Shown: one piece after another, positions 59,948 through 62,462 of the stretch | Layout: each line of letters opens with the position of its first letter | How positions within the stretch are numbered: position 1 is the stretch's first letter | IMG/VR virus record: IMGVR_UViG_3300032235_001256 | Span: 1-62,462 of that record | Direction: 5' to 3' (one strand) | Source: a virus | Taxonomy: Duplodnaviria; Caudoviricetes | Length of the DNA: 62,462 bases | Translations under genes and position numbers: made by a program | The notes under the pieces: generated by a model | What the model saw: the letters and a program-made list of their open reading frames with translations, nothing else | What the model was told of the DNA's origin: nothing | The model's database searches: none

Positions 59948-60157
59948 ATGGCCGATAACGAAGTCGAAAATCCGCGCAAATCGCGCAGAGACAGGTTGGC
60001 AAAGCTACGCGAGCAGATTGCGGCCATGGGCGAATGCGAGGCTTCGGGTGACCAAGAAATAGGAGAGCCCTGTTGCCTAGCAGAAGAACTTCAGAAGATT
60101 AAAGACCACATTAGAAAGAGGAATAATGAAGCTGTTCTTGCGACGCGCACAGAGTGA
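59948..60157 (+). CDS. Hypothetical protein
   Basis: GAGG RBS. Confidence 0.55.
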   Translation: MADNEVENPRKSRRDRLAKLREQIAAMGECEASGDQEIGEPCCLAEELQKIKDHIRKRNNEAVLATRTE

Positions 60158-60623
60158 TGCAGTAAGCTCTCTTCTGGAAAAAATACTCGACTTTTTGGCC
60201 GATTCTGAAGCGGTCAAGGGCATGTTTGGCAGGTACGGAGTTCCGCTAGAGCGGCTCCGTGATGTCGATATTCGCTTTGCAGACATTCCTGTTAGCGCCA
60301 AGACCAAGGACAAGATTATATTTATCAACAGGAAGTTCCTTGAGGATGGCGATTTCTCAAAGGAAATGCACTACATAGTTCACGAACTGTGCCACTGGCT
60401 GCAACAGGTATGCGACGATCCGTATGACATGATTCCTCCTCCCGGTACTGACTATCTCGATATGCCCTCTGAACTAGAGGCATTTATGTACCAGGCCCAC
60501 TTCATGCGCGAGTTCTACGGGGACGACGAAGCAGAGCAGTACGTTGACGATCTGCTGGATTTTCACGAAATAAGCGGCAAGGAGCGTGACAAAAAGCGCA
60601 CTGCGCTGCTCCTAGAAACCTAA
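60126..60623 (+). CDS. HExxH zinc-metallopeptidase-like protein
   Basis: IVHELCHWLQ...YLD.PSELEAF. Confidence 0.7.
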   Translation: MKLFLRRAQSDAVSSLLEKILDFLADSEAVKGMFGRYGVPLERLRDVDIRFADIPVSAKTKDKIIFINRKFLEDGDFSKEMHYIVHELCHWLQQVCDDPYDMIPPPGTDYLDMPSELEAFMYQAHFMREFYGDDEAEQYVDDLLDFHEISGKERDKKRTALLLET

Positions 60624-60666
60624 TAATTTGTCAGATATAGGCTAACAAAGCTATATCTGAGGAAAA

Positions 60667-62462
60667 ATGACCCCAACCGCACCGGCATGGCTAGACCCTA
60701 GAAAACCAGGTCTGCGATCAGCAAAGCAAAACATTGCTGATGGTAGCGTGCTGCTGCAGGTTACCGAGGCCATTCCCAGTACCTCGTCCTTGCAGGTAGT
60801 TTATCTTATTTATGCGGGAGAGACTGCAGTTCCTGCCCGGCCGACGTTCATATCTCCAGATGTGCCCGTCCTAATTCCCGCTGCTTTTGCCGGAGGAGAT
60901 TGGCATTTTAAAGTTACGGCTACAAACGGCGCGGGACTGCTGGATTCGCCAGGTCTTTCTGAAGTGGTAGCGAGCCTCTATGCTTTTCCAGATACAGTTG
61001 CGCTTGCAGCCGATTTTGATTTAAGCGATACCACGTTTTCTCTCACAGATAGCGCCGGATACCCTGTTGATGGCTATCTAGTGATCGGAGAGGAGATCAT
61101 TCAATATGCGTCGCTTGTCAGCGGTAGTGGCACTGTAGTTGCGCGCGGATTGTTTGGATCGACAGCGGTGCCGCACTCAGCCGCGGACGAAGTTGCCCTT
61201 TGGGTTGGCGTAGAGGCGGCTTCCGCCGAGCTCGTGAGCATACCTTCATGTGGTCTAACCAGGCCCAAGTGGTTTGATCCGCGAAAGGTCGGGCTGGAAC
61301 AGGCGATTGATTTTGGAGATGGCAGTACAGTTGGCTTGCGGTGGGATTATGCGACAGTTCCTGCTGGCTTCAGTACCACTTACTACCAGATATATAAATC
61401 AAACAATCTGAAAACCATCTACGACCGCCCTCTGTTTATTACGACTGCTAACGAGGCAACCCTGACCGGGATAACTCCAAAGGAAGGCTTTTATTACGGT
61501 GTTCGTGCAGCGTATTTTCTCGCGGATTTTACGACCTCTGGCATGATAGAGCACTCGCCGGGACTATTTCAAGTACCAGAGCCAACTGAGTTGCTAGACA
61601 ATCTTATACAAGGGGCCCTCGGCCCTGTGCAGGTAGCATCTACCGCAGGATTCCCCTCCTCGGGACTGCTGCGGATTGGTCACGAGATAATGAAGTACAG
61701 CTCTCTGACAGCTACTTCATTTATGATATCGGCTCGTGATGTTTTTGCCCTGGCATGGACCGAGGATTTGCCGGCTGGCTCGTCGGTAGAGATGTTCCGT
61801 GGCGTAGATGACGCTACTGATTATTTCTGGCGCCTGAATACATCATGGGACGGATATGGCTTAGCAGCGCTGCCGCTTGAGCCCGGCGATGGATATTGGG
61901 GATTCGGCTACCTACAGGATCCAGACGGCTATAGGAATTTTCCAGTGGCGCCTCAGAATGAGGATCACTCGATACAGGATGAGGACGCAGAGAGCGCCGA
62001 GCCGTTCGACTACTGCGGCTTGCGTTCAAATGACCAATCACAGGTACTTAGCGGTGACTTCTGCGGGCCTAAAACTCCTCATGGCAGCGGTACATATCAC
62101 GGCAATTCCATGCTGGGCCAAGCAGGTGGCATTGATGTCTACGAGGGTAATCTTCAGCGTCAGGAGATGCTGCTGGGGATAACTGGTGAGCCGTTTGTTC
62201 TGCTGCGCAGAAAATGGACTGGCAAGGTTTGTCCGCGCATTTCGCATAGGACGGAGCACCCAGAGGCGCGTTGTAGCCTCTGCTACGGCACCTCCTTCGA
62301 AGGTGGATATCAGCGCTACATCAATACTCGTCTTCTGCGCCCGGCCGAAGAGAACCCGAACGGCTTCATTAATCTGAGGATAGGGCCGTATCAGGATGAA
62401 CTCGATCTAGTTGATTCTCGAGGCTTCTCTACTGAAAAGACAGACCTAAGCGGCTGGACTAC
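60667..62462 (+). CDS. Neck/head-completion protein with duplicated FN3-like N-terminal modules; truncated by the right edge
   Basis: Manually translated, open from ATG 60667 to the edge. W.DPRK.GL twice; GYP/GFP..G...IG.EI twice; TGEP..L.RRKWTG..C...CSLCYGTSFEGGY. Confidence 0.7.
   Translation, partial: MTPTAPAWLDPRKPGLRSAKQNIADGSVLLQVTEAIPSTSSLQVVYLIYAGETAVPARPTFISPDVPVLIPAAFAGGDWHFKVTATNGAGLLDSPGLSEVVASLYAFPDTVALAADFDLSDTTFSLTDSAGYPVDGYLVIGEEIIQYASLVSGSGTVVARGLFGSTAVPHSAADEVALWVGVEAASAELVSIPSCGLTRPKWFDPRKVGLEQAIDFGDGSTVGLRWDYATVPAGFSTTYYQIYKSNNLKTIYDRPLFITTANEATLTGITPKEGFYYGVRAAYFLADFTTSGMIEHSPGLFQVPEPTELLDNLIQGALGPVQVASTAGFPSSGLLRIGHEIMKYSSLTATSFMISARDVFALAWTEDLPAGSSVEMFRGVDDATDYFWRLNTSWDGYGLAALPLEPGDGYWGFGYLQDPDGYRNFPVAPQNEDHSIQDEDAESAEPFDYCGLRSNDQSQVLSGDFCGPKTPHGSGTYHGNSMLGQAGGIDVYEGNLQRQEMLLGITGEPFVLLRRKWTGKVCPRISHRTEHPEARCSLCYGTSFEGGYQRYINTRLLRPAEENPNGFINLRIGPYQDELDLVDSRGFSTEKTDLSGWT

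Noticed and set aside
1-62462. Stop-codon recoding, as in some large phages
   Set aside because: Long genes are intact in the standard code, and TAG, TGA and TAA all end genes at sensible boundaries.

Overview
This window is the head/neck morphogenesis region of a large tailed dsDNA phage (Caudoviricetes-like, standard genetic code, host not determinable here). Core genes: an intein-containing terminase large subunit (27916-30846), portal (30855-32708), prohead protease fused to a scaffold (36101-40021), two capsid-decoration paralogues, an HK97-type major capsid protein (48028-49032), neck proteins and a family of modular fibre proteins. Accessory genes include a CCA/poly(A)-type nucleotidyltransferase, thyA-DHFR, a frameshifted Nudix, an M23 peptidase, a patatin, a cold-shock protein and two HNH proteins. 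The most unusual signal is a set of short peptide motifs shared by otherwise unrelated virion proteins. (1) A DGY tripeptide occurs 24 times by manual count, 21 of them in seven predicted exterior proteins, and replaces the usual residues inside otherwise conserved repeats. (2) A ~22-aa helix-turn-helix module (A-x2-LD-x2-G-x4-A-x3-D) occurs in about eight predicted interior proteins. (3) An N-terminal F-x-L-F-K-x-A leader sits on four enzyme-like proteins. (4) Hydrophobic-x-K-x-A sites recur widely and may be maturation-protease cuts. All annotations come from motif recognition by eye; no database search was run, so novelty is unconfirmed.
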